64,000 nucleotides of DNA, taken from assembly GCA_000004985.1 (NCBI GenBank), contig GG738902.1; one strand, given 5' to 3'. This stretch comes from Naegleria gruberi (taxonomy: Eukaryota). The position numbers were made by a program, and so were the translations under genes. Positions 47,560 through 60,025 of the stretch are shown piece by piece. The notes beneath the pieces are model-generated. The model was not told the origin of the DNA. It ran no database searches and saw only the letters and a program-made list of their open reading frames with translations. How positions within the stretch are numbered: the first letter of the stretch is position 1; each line of letters opens with the position of its first letter.

Positions 47560-48035
47560 ATTTGAAGATAATCACAACATTAATAATAACAAGACAACAC
47601 AAATACACAAATCGTTAAGCAAAGAAGAACAATATTAAAAAAAGCAGTGGTGATGTTACATACATTTTTGAGTATTTTTTTTCAACAAAATTTTTAAAAC
47701 TTGGCTGGTTGTCTTTGTTGTTGGTATTTTACAATAAAAATTTTCTGTTGGGCATTTTATGAAGGCAAGAAGCCAAAGAGGAAGGAAAAAAAGCAATGAT
47801 AGAGAATGTTAATACAAACATCAACAATAAACCCACCTGTTAATCAAACATTTTGCTTCAATGTATACATCAATCGGATAGTGCTGAATATGCAGCATTG
47901 ATGTTTTTCATCATAACTAGGAAATACTTGCAAAGCCTATTTCTGCAAGTCTTCGACTCTAGTAGGAACAAAACAATTTATCATATGAACAGAGGATGAT
48001 GATATTATTTACATTATTGGTTTTATTTACATCAA

Positions 48036-50063
48036 TTAACAATCAACAATATTCAAACTCTTATCTTCAATAAGAATTTCTTCCTCATCATCTTCCTCTT
48101 CTTCCTCTTCTGTTGTGGAACTGAACAACATTTGCTTTTCAGCCAATCCTTTGTAAATACCATTAGAAATTTCCATGAGCTCATTGTGTGTTCCCTTCTC
48201 TCTCAATTCACCTTTAGCCAATACACAAATTTGATTGCAATCCTTAACAGTTGAAAGTCTGTGAGCAATGCAAATTGAGGTACGTCCTTTCATTAATTTG
48301 TCTAGAGCAGCTTGAACCAATGCTTCTGATTCAGTGTCCAATGCAGAGGTTGCTTCATCCAAGAGTAAAATCTTTGGATCTTGTAATAAGGCACGAGCAA
48401 TGGCAATTCTTTGTTTTTGACCACCTGACAATGAAACACCCTTCTCACCCAACAAGGTATTATATCCTTCTGGCAAATCTGATATGAAACTGTGGCAATT
48501 GGCTGCCTTAGCTGCCTCAACAACTTTTTCCATTGTTGCATTTTCTTCACCGATAGCATAGGCAATATTTCCATAGATTGTTGTTGCAAAAAGTACAGGT
48601 TCTTGAGTTACGATACCTAAACAAGATTTGTGCAACCACATTGGATCGAGCTCAGCAACATCTACATCATCAATGTAAACTTTTCCTTTGGCAGGGTCAT
48701 AAAATCTTTCCAATAAACCAACAATGGTTGATTTACCAGATCCGGATGGACCAACTAATGCAACAGCTTGACCAGATGAAATATCCAATGAGAAATTCTT
48801 CAAAACGGTAACATTTGGACGGGAAGGATAAATAAAATCAACATTTTCAAATCTGACATGACCCTTAATGGTTTCAATTTTTTTACCTCCTTGAATTGGA
48901 ATGGCTCCCTTTCTCTTTAAAACTTTCAAAACAACTCTTTGAGAAACCATGGCTTTAGTATAATCTGGGAAGAATGCAAAAACTTGAATCAAGCCCATTG
49001 TTGAAAACAAAGACAATCCAATAACCTTCATCAAGCTTCCGATGTTCAATTCAGATGAAACTACTAAACCACCACCATACCAGAAGCAAAGTGCAACAGT
49101 TCCCCAAAGAACACCAATCATGACACCAAAGGTGGAGCCTTGTGCTATGGCCTTTCCCACACCTGCCAAGAACTTCTTTTTCAAATCACGTCCATATTTT
49201 TCTCTTTCTTTTTCTTCACCTGCCATTCCTCTTACAGTTCTCATTGAACTCAAAACTTCTGTAAACATGGCTGCACTGTGGTCATTGGATTTGTTAATCA
49301 TTGTAGTTAATTTACGAATAATACCTCCCAACACAAAAACACCAAATATCATGATTGGAGTGGTTGAAATCATTACAAGTGTGAGTTTCCAAGATGAAGA
49401 CATGGACAATGAGAAACCAATTGCAAATTGAGCAATACTTGTAACAAAGGTTGAAATTCTGGTTGTGTAAATTTCCTGAACTTTTGTACAATCCTCATAG
49501 AGAGTATTAGTAACAGCACCAACTTTCTTAACATCAAAATAGCCCATTTCTTGATCTGTCAATGCATCAAAATAAGCAGTTCTCAATGCAATACCAATTC
49601 TTTCACTTGCATAATTCAAGAAAAAGTTGGATAAAAGAGAGGCAACAGCTGCACCAGCTGCAATTCCAGCAAACTCACTGGCATAAACACTCACTTGGGA
49701 TTTCTTTTCAGCTGTTGTCATGGTTGTTGAGGCAAAAACTGTAATGACATCACCCATTATAAATTGAAACATGAGAGGAATGATACCACTACCTGCACTT
49801 CCAATCATACCAATTAAAATTAAAAGCCAATTCCAACCAATAATCTTATAAATTGTGAATGCATCTTTGAAGGATGGTTTAGGTTCTCTAAGGTCAACCA
49901 TTTCAATCTCAGAGGATGATATCTGCTCACCAGCCTCCTTATTATTATGTTTCTTGAAAGGATTTCTGCTTTGTCTTCTTGTATTTTCAGTCTTTTCCAT
50001 CTTTACATCCCCAACCTGAATCGTTGTTTGTGAAGATGGTTTCTTAATCTCTTGTTCGCTCAT
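48036..50063 (-). CDS. ABCB-family half-transporter (TMD-NBD), 675 aa, single exon.
   Basis: Six TM helices followed by an NBD with Walker A GPSGSGKST, signature LSGGQKQR and Walker B ILLLDEATSALD. Confidence 0.85.
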   Translation of the reverse strand: MSEQEIKKPSSQTTIQVGDVKMEKTENTRRQSRNPFKKHNNKEAGEQISSSEIEMVDLREPKPSFKDAFTIYKIIGWNWLLILIGMIGSAGSGIIPLMFQFIMGDVITVFASTTMTTAEKKSQVSVYASEFAGIAAGAAVASLLSNFFLNYASERIGIALRTAYFDALTDQEMGYFDVKKVGAVTNTLYEDCTKVQEIYTTRISTFVTSIAQFAIGFSLSMSSSWKLTLVMISTTPIMIFGVFVLGGIIRKLTTMINKSNDHSAAMFTEVLSSMRTVRGMAGEEKEREKYGRDLKKKFLAGVGKAIAQGSTFGVMIGVLWGTVALCFWYGGGLVVSSELNIGSLMKVIGLSLFSTMGLIQVFAFFPDYTKAMVSQRVVLKVLKRKGAIPIQGGKKIETIKGHVRFENVDFIYPSRPNVTVLKNFSLDISSGQAVALVGPSGSGKSTIVGLLERFYDPAKGKVYIDDVDVAELDPMWLHKSCLGIVTQEPVLFATTIYGNIAYAIGEENATMEKVVEAAKAANCHSFISDLPEGYNTLLGEKGVSLSGGQKQRIAIARALLQDPKILLLDEATSALDTESEALVQAALDKLMKGRTSICIAHRLSTVKDCNQICVLAKGELREKGTHNELMEISNGIYKGLAEKQMLFSSTTEEEEEEDDEEEILIEDKSLNIVDC
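48300..48500. repeat. Tract of about 200 bp inside the NBD coding region, about 97% identical including synonymous sites to the reverse complement of 52190..52390 in the paralogous gene.
   Basis: Hand alignment of the reverse complement of 48241..48540 against 52141..52440. There are 60 of 60 identities over one block, 57-58 of 60 in the adjacent blocks, and about 80% identity or less outside. Confidence 0.8.
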
Positions 50064-50528
50064 TTTTTTGTATGTTGTCTATTGAGAGAGTTTGAATGAA
50101 TTTCCAAGCAATATTTATTCGATACAGCAGCACTAAGAAATCATCGCTTTACTAGAGCGCTAACAGCGCAAAACCTCAATGGATAGAGTTGCGCAGAGAT
50201 GGACATTTTGATGTGGATAACGATATTAGAAAACGTATTGAGATCTAATTCCATCAACCGGTGTAGAAAAGGAGCAACGACAGCGAACTATTTAATTTAA
50301 TGACTTTTTCGTGATCGATATGCTCTTATAGCGCAATGGAATATGTTGCGTACTAAGAAGTGGTGATGGTTTTATTAACATACAACAACCATCGACATGT
50401 TTAATAATAACAACTCCTCTCAGCACTGCTCGGCATTATTATTTAAGAAGAACCAAGAGAGACAAATACAAATATTCAAAAAAAACAACTCAACACTAAT
50501 CACAATTTTTTCATATACAATTCAGAAA
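50064..50528. promoter_or_regulatory. Shared divergent (bidirectional) promoter region between the two head-to-head ABCB half-transporter genes.
   Basis: The start codons are at 50063 (minus) and 50529 (plus) with no ORF in between. Confidence 0.4.
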
Positions 50529-52549
50529 ATGACTGAAACACATGCATTGGATTATCAGATAGAGATTAAGGATGACAAGCCTACCGATCACAAATTAGAT
50601 ATAGATGCACTTACACCAAGAGATGAGAAGGCAACTAATCCAGCTGCATTATCTAGAAACCCATTCAAGAGAAGAAGACAGAAGAGAAAATTGAATGCAT
50701 TGGAGAAGATGAAAGACGAAATTCCAGATCCAAGAGAACCAAAAATTGGATTCAAAGATCACTTGATTCTACTGAAATTAATTGGTTTCAAGAATTGGGT
50801 ATTGATCTTTTTTGCAACTGTTGGTGCTGGAGGTGCAGGTGTTATTGGTTTATGCTTTCAATTTATTTTGGGAGATTTGATTAATAGTTTGGCAACCATC
50901 ATGTCAGATTCAAATGCATTGAGAGATGAAGTTAATTCAATTGCTGGAAAATTTGCTATTGTTGCTCTGGGTGCTGTGATTGCAAACTTTATGAATCAAT
51001 TCTTTAATACTTTGGCTTCAGAGACAATCAGTAGAACATTGAGACAGAAATATTTTGAATCATTGACAGCTCAAGAAATGGCATTCTTCGATATTAAGAA
51101 AGTTGGTCAACTGGCCTGCATTTCCAGTGATGATGTTGCCATTGTTCAAGAAATTTACACTTCCAAATGGTCAACCTTCTTCCAACAAGTAGTTCAAGTA
51201 GTGGTTGGTCTCATTCTCGCATTCATCAGCTCTTGGAAGATGTCTCTCGTCATCATTTCAACAAGTCCAATTATCTTTGTTTTGATTTGTGGTGTTTCAC
51301 AAGGTATCAAGAAGTTGTCAAAGAAAACATCAGAAGCAAATGAACATGCATCTGCAATTGCAACTGAAATTGTTTCATCAATTAAGACCGTAAGATCAAT
51401 GGGTGGAGAGCCAAAGGAAAGAATTAGATATAGAAATGATTTGAAGAAAGTTCACAAGTATGGTTTATTCAAGTCCATTCTTCAGGGATTCGTTTTCTTC
51501 GTTTTGAGTTTCACCATTTGGGGGACTGTTGCATTGGCCTTTTGGGTAAGTTTTATTATTTATTGCATTTCTAATTATCTTTCGAATAGTTTGGAGGTAA
51601 TTTAACCGTAGACGGTGAGATTAGTATCGGAAGCATGTTTAGAGTCTTTGGTTTATCATTGATGGCTGTCATGGCTTTATCAAATGCTGGTACCTTCTTT
51701 ACAGAATATGCCAAAGCCATTCAAAGTCAAACTTCGTTATTGAAGGTAATTAGAAGAGTTCCTGAAATTCCATTCAAGGGTGGTAAAACAATTGAAAATC
51801 TCAAAGGTGATATCTCTATTAAGAATATTGATTTTATCTATCCAGCCAGACCAAACACCACGGTATTGAAGAGCTTTAGTTTGGAAATCAAAACTGGTCA
51901 AGCTGTTGCATTTGTTGGTCCATCTGGATCTGGTAAATCAACCATTGTTGGATTAATTGAAAGATTTTACAATCCAGTTAAGGGTAACATTTCGATTGAT
52001 GGTGTTGATATTTCAGAATTGGACCCAATGTGGCTTCACCAAGTTGTTGGTATTGTAAACCAAGAACCAACCCTTTTTGCTTGCTCAATCAGAGATAACA
52101 TTACGTATGCTTGTAGAAGACCTGTCTCTCAAGAAGAAGTTGAAGAAGCTGCCAAAGCTGCCAATTGCCATAGTTTCATTTCAGATTTGCCAGAAGGATA
52201 TACCACCTTGTTGGGTGAGAAGGGTGTTTCATTGTCAGGCGGTCAAAAACAAAGAATTGCCATTGCTCGTGCCTTATTACAAGATCCAAAGATTTTACTC
52301 TTGGATGAAGCAACCTCTGCATTGGACACTGAATCAGAAACATTGGTTCAAGCTGCTCTCGACAAATTAATGAAGGGAAGAACAACCATTTGTATCGCTC
52401 ACAGACTTTCAACTGTTAAAAACTCAGACATGCTGTGTGTTCTTTCTAAGGGAGTTCTCGTTGAGCAAGGAAAACATGAAGAATTGATTCAAATTCCAGA
52501 TGGTGTATATAAGAAGTTAGCCGAGAAGCAAATGATGTTTGCTCACTAA
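50529..52549 (+). CDS. ABCB-family half-transporter, paralog of 48036..50063. Exons approximately join(50529..51545, 51590..52549) with a 44-bp GTAAGT...AG intron. Coordinates are ±1.
   Basis: It has the same TMD-NBD architecture. The intron removes an in-frame stop and restores ...LAFW|FGGNLTVDGEISIGSMF..., matching FWYGGGLVVSSELNIGSLM in the paralog. The ORF-track start at 50397 lies in the probable leader. Confidence 0.8.
52190..52390. repeat. Inverted partner of 48300..48500, the near-identical NBD tract.
   Basis: See 48300..48500. Confidence 0.8.
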
Positions 52550-52640
52550 TTATATTCCATGTAAATAAATCTAAATGTAAATATAAGCACATTAGAGAAA
52601 TATCTATTGTTGTCGAAGATTATTTCACATAATAAAAAAA

Positions 52641-52961
52641 ATGGAAAATTTACATGAAGATGTTTGCTATGGTCCACCAGAGTATTTTGATGATGATATT
52701 ATTCAAAAGGAAGTTCAAGAGGAAATAATGGACTCCTCCACAGAAATTACAATTAGTAATGATAAGAAATTATTCTTGATTACAACAAGAATTGAATGGT
52801 TGATGGCAATGGAACGTAAAGATGACCAACAGATATCTTATTATGAGGAAAAATTCAATGAAGTTGCCAATATTTGGTTTAGTCTTCCGATTGTAGATGA
52901 AGTAAAGAATGAAACAAGTATTGAAAAATTGGAACAACTCAAACAATCCATAGTGAAATAA
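52641..52961 (+). CDS. Small acidic hypothetical protein of 106 aa.
   Basis: ORF with ordinary codon usage in an otherwise empty gap. No domain is recognised. Confidence 0.3.
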   Translation: MENLHEDVCYGPPEYFDDDIIQKEVQEEIMDSSTEITISNDKKLFLITTRIEWLMAMERKDDQQISYYEEKFNEVANIWFSLPIVDEVKNETSIEKLEQLKQSIVK

Positions 52962-53443
52962 ACATGTTTGAAACTGTTTCCATTTTCAATCACACAACTA
53001 GTTCACATTAATATTGTCTCTAATATTCTCCATTTTTACTTGAGAATAGTTCATCACCATCTCTCTCTCAATTTATTTACACAATTTCTTTTCAACTGCT
53101 TTTAATTAGAGTAGAAACTTCCACAGTTGTTAGGCAATCAAAGCCTAAAAGTACATTCTTTTCCATCATCGCAATGTTTGATTTTAACAAGTATCACCTC
53201 ATAACTCTATCAAATTTTTCATAGGATGGAAAGTGGCAACGTCAAACACTTGTCAATCACTCAAACCTTTGGTAACGTTCTGGACCGAACAAAAAAATAG
53301 AAAACAAATAAAACAGAGGCTCATCAACCGCTCTAATCCTCTGCTGCTCTAATCAATAACAACTGTGTCATCATATATTAAATATATTATTATTATACAA
53401 TATACTATTATTATTAAAGAACAACAATTAACTAGATTAAAAA

Positions 53444-54054
53444 AATGCAGAACAATACATCAATGATGAAACAAAGACTCAATGAAGAGAAGGATAAGGA
53501 CCCAGAGGTTAGTAGAGTTTTTACATTTCAAAATTTACCTATCAATATATTATTAATAATATACTAATATAATAATATTTATTATTATTTACAATAACAA
53601 TAACAAATACTACTATTTACAATCATGATTGTATTCCTTCCATTGATTGTAATCTTGAACAATAATCGTGTAATCTCGTCTAATGTTTACTACAACATAC
53701 AATATTTCGGCTTGTTTCTAATAGTTTCTTAAAAGAACAATCTGTGTTCTGGAACTTCCTTTCGTTGTAGATGAACAACAAGTAGGAAACTTTTTCAAAA
53801 AATGTGATGGTGGTGTGAAACGTTTGGAAATTATTAGGTCTGGTGCTCTCGTATTTAGTGCAGCCTTTGTAGAATTCAACAAGCAAAAAGGAAAAAAGAA
53901 GGCAATTGAACTTTCGGAAAAAGTTGGACAAGAATATGATGTAATAATATTGAGTTCTGAGGATTTTCTTGAAGATAAAATCCCAACGAGAAAGGAAGCT
54001 AGCAAATCAGCTGGTTCAAAGAACACAACTGGTGGTCCTTGCAAAAATCAATAA
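53444..54054 (+). CDS. Small RRM-like RNA-binding protein of about 130 aa. Exons join(53444..53506, 53725..54054).
   Basis: Exon 1 (MQNNTSMMKQRLNEEKDKDPE) ends at a GTTAGT donor. An acceptor ...ctaatag opens an in-frame exon reading FLKRTICVLELPFVVDEQQVGNFFKKCDGGVKRLEII..., which has the RNP-like pattern of an RRM. The antisense ORFs here are spurious. Confidence 0.5.
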
Positions 54055-54581
54055 TCCTCATGAAGAACAATCATCAACTTGGTATTTTACAACATCAATA
54101 TGTTGATATAACACATTATATATAACTACAAGTGATGCTCTGCTATCTATACATCATTCATTCAATTTTGGTCTATGTATTACTTCTCACCTAAATTTAT
54201 ATGAATATCACTTGACAGTTTTTCAAAATCCAACTTTTCACACAAAAACAACACAACACACTAAGAATTTTCTCCCTTGATTCAATCAACAACTCCACAA
54301 TCGATAGATTGCCTTAAATTGAACACACTTTTGTACTTGTATATAAATTGGCTCTAAAATTTTATAAATTTCATTTCTTTTCAATGGAATTCCACATGAA
54401 ATGATACACAGCTTTGTGATAAATCAAAACAACGAGGACTTTTTAATGGGAGAAACAGAGAGTGAAACAACATGTTGAGCACGTTTACAATTCCGCATAA
54501 CAAGATCGGATTTGGCGCAACAATTAAACAAGCTCGTTAAATGCGGTTTTTGATAAGGATCAACAACACAAAAACAAAAAA

Positions 54582-55688
54582 ATGAAACTACTACTTGTAC
54601 TGTTTTCACTAATTGCAATTGCACTTGCTTTTGGTACACATGTTTATTTGCAATCAAAAGAATTTGATGGTGTTGAAATTTCAACCATCGGTGCAAGTTT
54701 GGTCATTAAAACAATGATTAAAACAGTTGGAGCGAGAGTGAAATTGGTTGAATCTTTAATGCCAAAATTAAATCAAACTAGTGATTCGTTAAGAATTGAG
54801 ACAATTCCAATAACATTTGATACATCAAGCTCTGAAGTATATTTGAAAGAAGTTGGAGAGCCAGTTGCAAAATATGCATTGAGAGTTTATCAACCAAAGC
54901 AGAATAGAGATGGAGGCTATCCTATTGTAATGTATATTCATGGTGGTGGTTGGATGTTTGGAAATATTGATATAAGTAATAGATTATGTGAAGGTTTGGC
55001 TAATAAGGGATTCATTGTTGTGAGTATTGATTACAGAAGAACTCCTGAACACATTTTCCCATCATGTTTGAACGATAATTTGAATGCTTTGAGTTGGATT
55101 GGAAGGAATTATGAAAAATATAATGGTAACATTAACCAATTGATAATTTCAGGAGATTCTGCTGGAGGTCATTTAGCAATTACAACTCAAATTAGATTAT
55201 TCTCAATCCAAAAGAAATTATTGGAAAGAGAATCTATTCCTTCAGTTACTCATCAAGCACTCCTCTATCCTGTTGCTGATTTTTACAGATATGGCGATGA
55301 AAAATATGAATCCTATATGAAATATAGAGATAATGGTCTAATCATTGATGGAGCTGTTATGGACATGTTTTGGAGAAATTTCATTGGTAATAATACTGAA
55401 GAGCAAGTGAAATCCAATCCGCTCATATCTCCTGTTAGTGGTCTCATATTATCTGACAAGGTACTTTATTCTCAATTTCCAAAAGGATTCATATGGCTTG
55501 CTGAATATGATGTTTTGAAAGATGAAGGAAAAAGTTTTGCAAACGCTGTCAACAATGCATCTCCAAACAAGTTGAAAGTCAAGGAATGGAAGAGTTGTGT
55601 TCATGGTTTTATTGATCTGAAACGAAATTATGATGAAATGGCAGATGCTATCTATGAAGTACTGGGAAAAATTAATAAACAGAGTTAA
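54582..55688 (+). CDS. Alpha/beta-hydrolase esterase of the arylacetamide deacetylase / hormone-sensitive-lipase family, with an N-terminal signal or anchor.
   Basis: Oxyanion HGGGWMFG, nucleophile elbow GDSAGG, and later Asp and His residues. Confidence 0.7.
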   Translation: MKLLLVLFSLIAIALAFGTHVYLQSKEFDGVEISTIGASLVIKTMIKTVGARVKLVESLMPKLNQTSDSLRIETIPITFDTSSSEVYLKEVGEPVAKYALRVYQPKQNRDGGYPIVMYIHGGGWMFGNIDISNRLCEGLANKGFIVVSIDYRRTPEHIFPSCLNDNLNALSWIGRNYEKYNGNINQLIISGDSAGGHLAITTQIRLFSIQKKLLERESIPSVTHQALLYPVADFYRYGDEKYESYMKYRDNGLIIDGAVMDMFWRNFIGNNTEEQVKSNPLISPVSGLILSDKVLYSQFPKGFIWLAEYDVLKDEGKSFANAVNNASPNKLKVKEWKSCVHGFIDLKRNYDEMADAIYEVLGKINKQS

Positions 55689-55950
55689 AAATTGAAGCCA
55701 AAAAAAGGAGGGAAAAAATGGAATCGCGCCAAAATTTTGTTTCAAATTTTAAAAAAAAAATTCACCACTAGCTAGACGAAGACCTCTCTTTCAACTTGCA
55801 ACCTATCCCGTCATCACATCAAAATTTAAACAAGTGGTGATCTTTAGTTTTGTACAACAACAACGAGAGGAAATTTTCAACATACGATCCAACAACGATC
55901 ATCTAAATTATTATTTTAACAAATTGTCATAAATCTAGGCTTGATCTAAA

Positions 55951-58900
55951 ATGCCACCAAGAACAAGTAAAAAAAAGGCATCTTCATCAAAAGAAGCACC
56001 ACAAACACCAAAGAGAAAGTCAAGAAATGATGAAGAGGCTACTTTCACACCAATGGGTACACCAAGTCAATCACTCTCACAATCATTATTTAGTTTATCA
56101 ACAAGTCAAGCTCAATTGTCTCAATATCTTGATGAAGGAGAAGAAGTTTCTGATGTTTTATCTGGAGCTTATATTTCGGAAGGTATGACCGAAGGAGATT
56201 TATCTGAAAGAATGAAGGTTAGTATAGTTTAATTATGTGACTAATTAACACGTAATAGAAAATATCTGATATCTTGAAAGGAATGGGACAGTTAGCAACA
56301 CCTGATGATGCTCCTTGGGATGAGCTTTTCATATCTAACATAATTGAAAAGAAAATCATTTCAAATAAGACTGAAGAAGTTAGAGTTTATGCAGCTTGTT
56401 CAATTGTTGATATTTTGAGAGTTACTGCTCCTGATTGTCCATTTGAAGATGAAGAATTACCAAGAGTATTTAAATTTATTATCGAACAAATTGAAGCTCT
56501 CAGTAGAGGTGGTGTACTCTTTTCTAAGAGATTCTATTTATTGGAAAGACTTTCAACAGTTAAAATATTTATTATGCTTGTAAACATTGATGAAGGAGAA
56601 GGTTTAATTATTCCACTCTTTCAATCATTGTTTAGAATTGTAACTGATAGTGAATCTACCCAACCACAAAAAGTCATATCATACATTTGTGATATTATGA
56701 TAACTCTTATTGAATCAATTGAAACTGTTGATTCTAAGCTTATTGAAGTTCTTATTCAACCTTTATTGGAAAATAGATCTAAAATTCCATCAGAAGATGA
56801 TGAAGATGAAGACAAGGATGAAGATGATGATGAAGATTCACATTTCTCAGCCAAATACATTTCCAAGAATGTTTTAGATAAGACTCAAGAACATTTATCA
56901 AATCAACTCAACGACTACCTCAATGACATTCTTAAAGAGCTTGATGTAACAAAAGACAAAACAAAATCTACATACAAGAAGAAACGTGCTAGAGTATTCA
57001 GCTTGATTTATGAAATCAACTTGATTTCTTCAAGACTTTTATTGACTGTTATTCCAAACCTTTGTATTCAATTGAAGGATGAGGAAGTTCAAGTTAGATC
57101 AGCTGTAATTCAATTATTGGGAAATATGTTCAAAGCAAAGGAATCAGAACTATTTAAGGAATATCCAAACATCTTTGAAACAGATTTCCTTTCTAGATTT
57201 ACTGATAAGGATAACCGTGTTAGAATTTATATGAGTAAATTTGCGAGTGGAATGATTAAAAATCACCCATCCAGTAACAAGGTACTAAATGAAAGACTGG
57301 AGGAAAGAATTATGGACCCTGATGAAAAAGTAAGAAGAAATGTTGTTGAAACTATTATCAATATTGCCATGGAGAGTCCTGCTCTTGTATCTGATAGTTT
57401 AATGCAAAAACTTAAGGAAAGAACAAGAGACAAAAAGGCTGTTCTTAGACTTCATGCTTTGGAGTTATGTGCCAAGCTCTATAACCACCATGCTACTGAA
57501 GCATTAAAAATTGGAGATAGTTGGGAAAATACTACAAGTGAAAAGCTTGCATGGATTCCAAATACTATTATCAAGTTGTATGCTGAACAACATGAACAGG
57601 TTGTTTCGAATAGATTAATGGTAGAAAAACTTATTGACCAAGAATTATTGGCACAAGACTCTTCAAGAACCAAGACCCTCTTGGATTTGTACACAAAACT
57701 TGATCAATCATCAAAGCATGTCTTATCAGCAATAATTTCACAAAAGAAGTCTTTACAACACTTTGTCAACACTCTTATTCATTTGGAAGAAGATGATGAT
57801 TCAAGATTACCACTTATTTTGAATAACCTTTCCTCTTCTCTTCCTGATGAATCAGTTGGTAAAAGAGTTTGGAAAGATGTCTTTAATCGTAGAAACAAAC
57901 AAAACGATAATGCTATCACAACCTTAAAGTCTTGCTTGAATACCAATATCACTTTTGATGCTGTAACTAAACTTAAGAAGAAAGGTGAAGAGAAGATTCT
58001 TGGAGAAAAGAAGGAAGAAAAGGACTACATGAAGACTGTAATCCAAAAACTTGCCATGACCATTTTTACAAAGGAACAAGCTAAGGAATTAGTTAAACTT
58101 GCTCACTCATTCTCTGATACTAAACAAATTGAAATGACAAAATCATCAATTCGTCTCTTCAATATAATAGTACAAGCTTACCCAGCAATGGGAAAGGATT
58201 CCATTCCTTCATTGATTGAATTATTCGAGAAGGAGCAAGATTATGATCTTAATATTCTAGTCCTTAAGGCATTATCTCAATGCGTTGTAGAGTTGGAAAA
58301 AACCAACTTCTCTCTTGCTAATGAACTTGAGACAAAAGTTGTCGATTTCTGTACTATGGGCAAACCAAAGGAAGTTAAGAGAGCTGCAGAAGTAATTACC
58401 AAGGCTTTCACACATCCAAAGTCTATCTTTTCACAAATTATCAAAGAGGCCAAGTCTAAGATGAACTATGGTGAAGAACTTTTAACATCTATTAGTGCTT
58501 TCAGACAAGTTGCAATTCATGATATTGAATTATTCAGACGTGATGAAGAAGAAATTGTCGAATTTATTTTGAATGAAGTTATTTTGGTTGATAGAGAAGA
58601 AATGAGCTCCTCTTGGGAAACTTTATCTGTAGATACACAAACCAAGGTTCAAGGATTCAAGTTTTTGGTTGACTATTGCATTGCTTGTACTAAGGAAGGC
58701 ATTACTGAAGAGTCAGAAGCAACTAGTTCAAAACTTGTAAACATTCTCTTCAGTATTCTCAAGAATAAGGGTTCTATTTCTCGTGTCATCCAAGAAATCA
58801 ATGATGAAATGGAAACCAGTGAAGAACAAGAAGAAGATGATAAGAAGGAGAGTAAGAAGAGAGAAATTGATAGGGCAGCTCTTAGACTGATAGCTGCCAA

Positions 58901-60025
58901 CTCTATTATTAAGCTTACTACTTCTGATTTCAAGTTGAATGTTTCAATGGAAAGATTCCTACAATTGGCTTTTGTATTTCTTGATACTTCAGTGGAAGTT
59001 AAACGCAAGTTTGTTGAAAAATTGTTCTCCGAATTAATGAGTACCAGACTTTCAACTAGATTTACTGCTCTTTTAATTCTCTTTGTTGGTGATAAGAATG
59101 CTGAACTTGCTGTAAGAGCTAAATCCCATTTTTCAAAGGTTGTAACCTTTTTTAGAGCTCTCATTTCTAAAACAAAAGGAATCACACTCACATCACCTAA
59201 AGCTAATGACTTATTCCCAGAATATATTTTGCCATACCTTGTATTCTTACTTTCCCATCATCCTCAATTCAAAGACGAAGCACCCCAATTCATGACATTC
59301 CAAAAGTAAGTTACTACAATTAATTTGATATTAATTTTTTAATTAGGATTTTATATGCTTATTTCGATGAAGTTACTCACGATACTGATAATTTATCATT
59401 CTTCCACCACCTCATTACTAAATTGAAACAAAGAAAGGATTCTCTCGCTTTGGAGTCAACCAATCACCTCATAATTTGTGATATGTCAGTCTCAATTGTA
59501 AATAGATGCGCTGAAAGCTCTGGATCATCAACTTCATCTGTTCCATTCCCTGGTAAAGTATTCATCCCTCCATACTTTGTTGTTGATAAGGAAAATGAAT
59601 CAAACTTGGAGACTATCAAGACTTTATTCTTACCAGATGGTTTTAAATTGAACGAAAAGCTTGCCAGACAAGTTCAACCAGTTGAAAAGAAGAAAAAACC
59701 CACAAAAGTAGACGAAAAGAAGGACAAGAAGAGAAAACGTACCACAACAAAGAAGACAACAAAGAAGAAGAAGGAAGAAAAAGAATCTACAAAGAGATCT
59801 TTGCCAAGTAGATCTGCAAAGACAAATAGAAAGAAAATTGAAAGCGAAGACGAAAGTGAGGAAGAAGAGGAGGAAGAGGAAGAAGAACAAAGCGAAGGAG
59901 AAGAACAAAGTGAACAAAGTGAAGAAGAGGAGGAGGAAGAAGAAGAAAAGATACCTCCTAGAACCTCAAAACAGAAGAAAGAACCAAAGGAAAGCGTAAG
60001 CTCTAAAAAGAAGAAATTCAAATAA
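55951..60025 (+). CDS. pds5: Sister-chromatid cohesion protein Pds5, about 1330 aa. Exons join(55951..56217, 56259..59305, 59347..60025). It has a basic/acidic low-complexity tail.
   Basis: The N-terminal HEAT region (...EVRVYAACSIVDILRVTAPDCPFEDEELPRVFKFIIEQIEAL...) aligns to Pds5. The introns are AAG|GTTAGT...AATAG and AA|GTAAGT...TTAG and preserve frame. Confidence 0.8.

Noticed and set aside
50397-50528. ORF-track N-terminal extension of ABCB-B (MFNNNNSSQH...TIQK)
   Set aside because: The paralog alignment begins at MTETHALDY... (50529). The extension is low-complexity and lies in the shared promoter region, so it is probably not translated.
53680-54044. Minus-strand ORFs 53680..53931 and 53718..54044
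   Set aside because: They are antisense to a better-supported plus-strand RRM-like gene with proper splice sites, and they have no domain.
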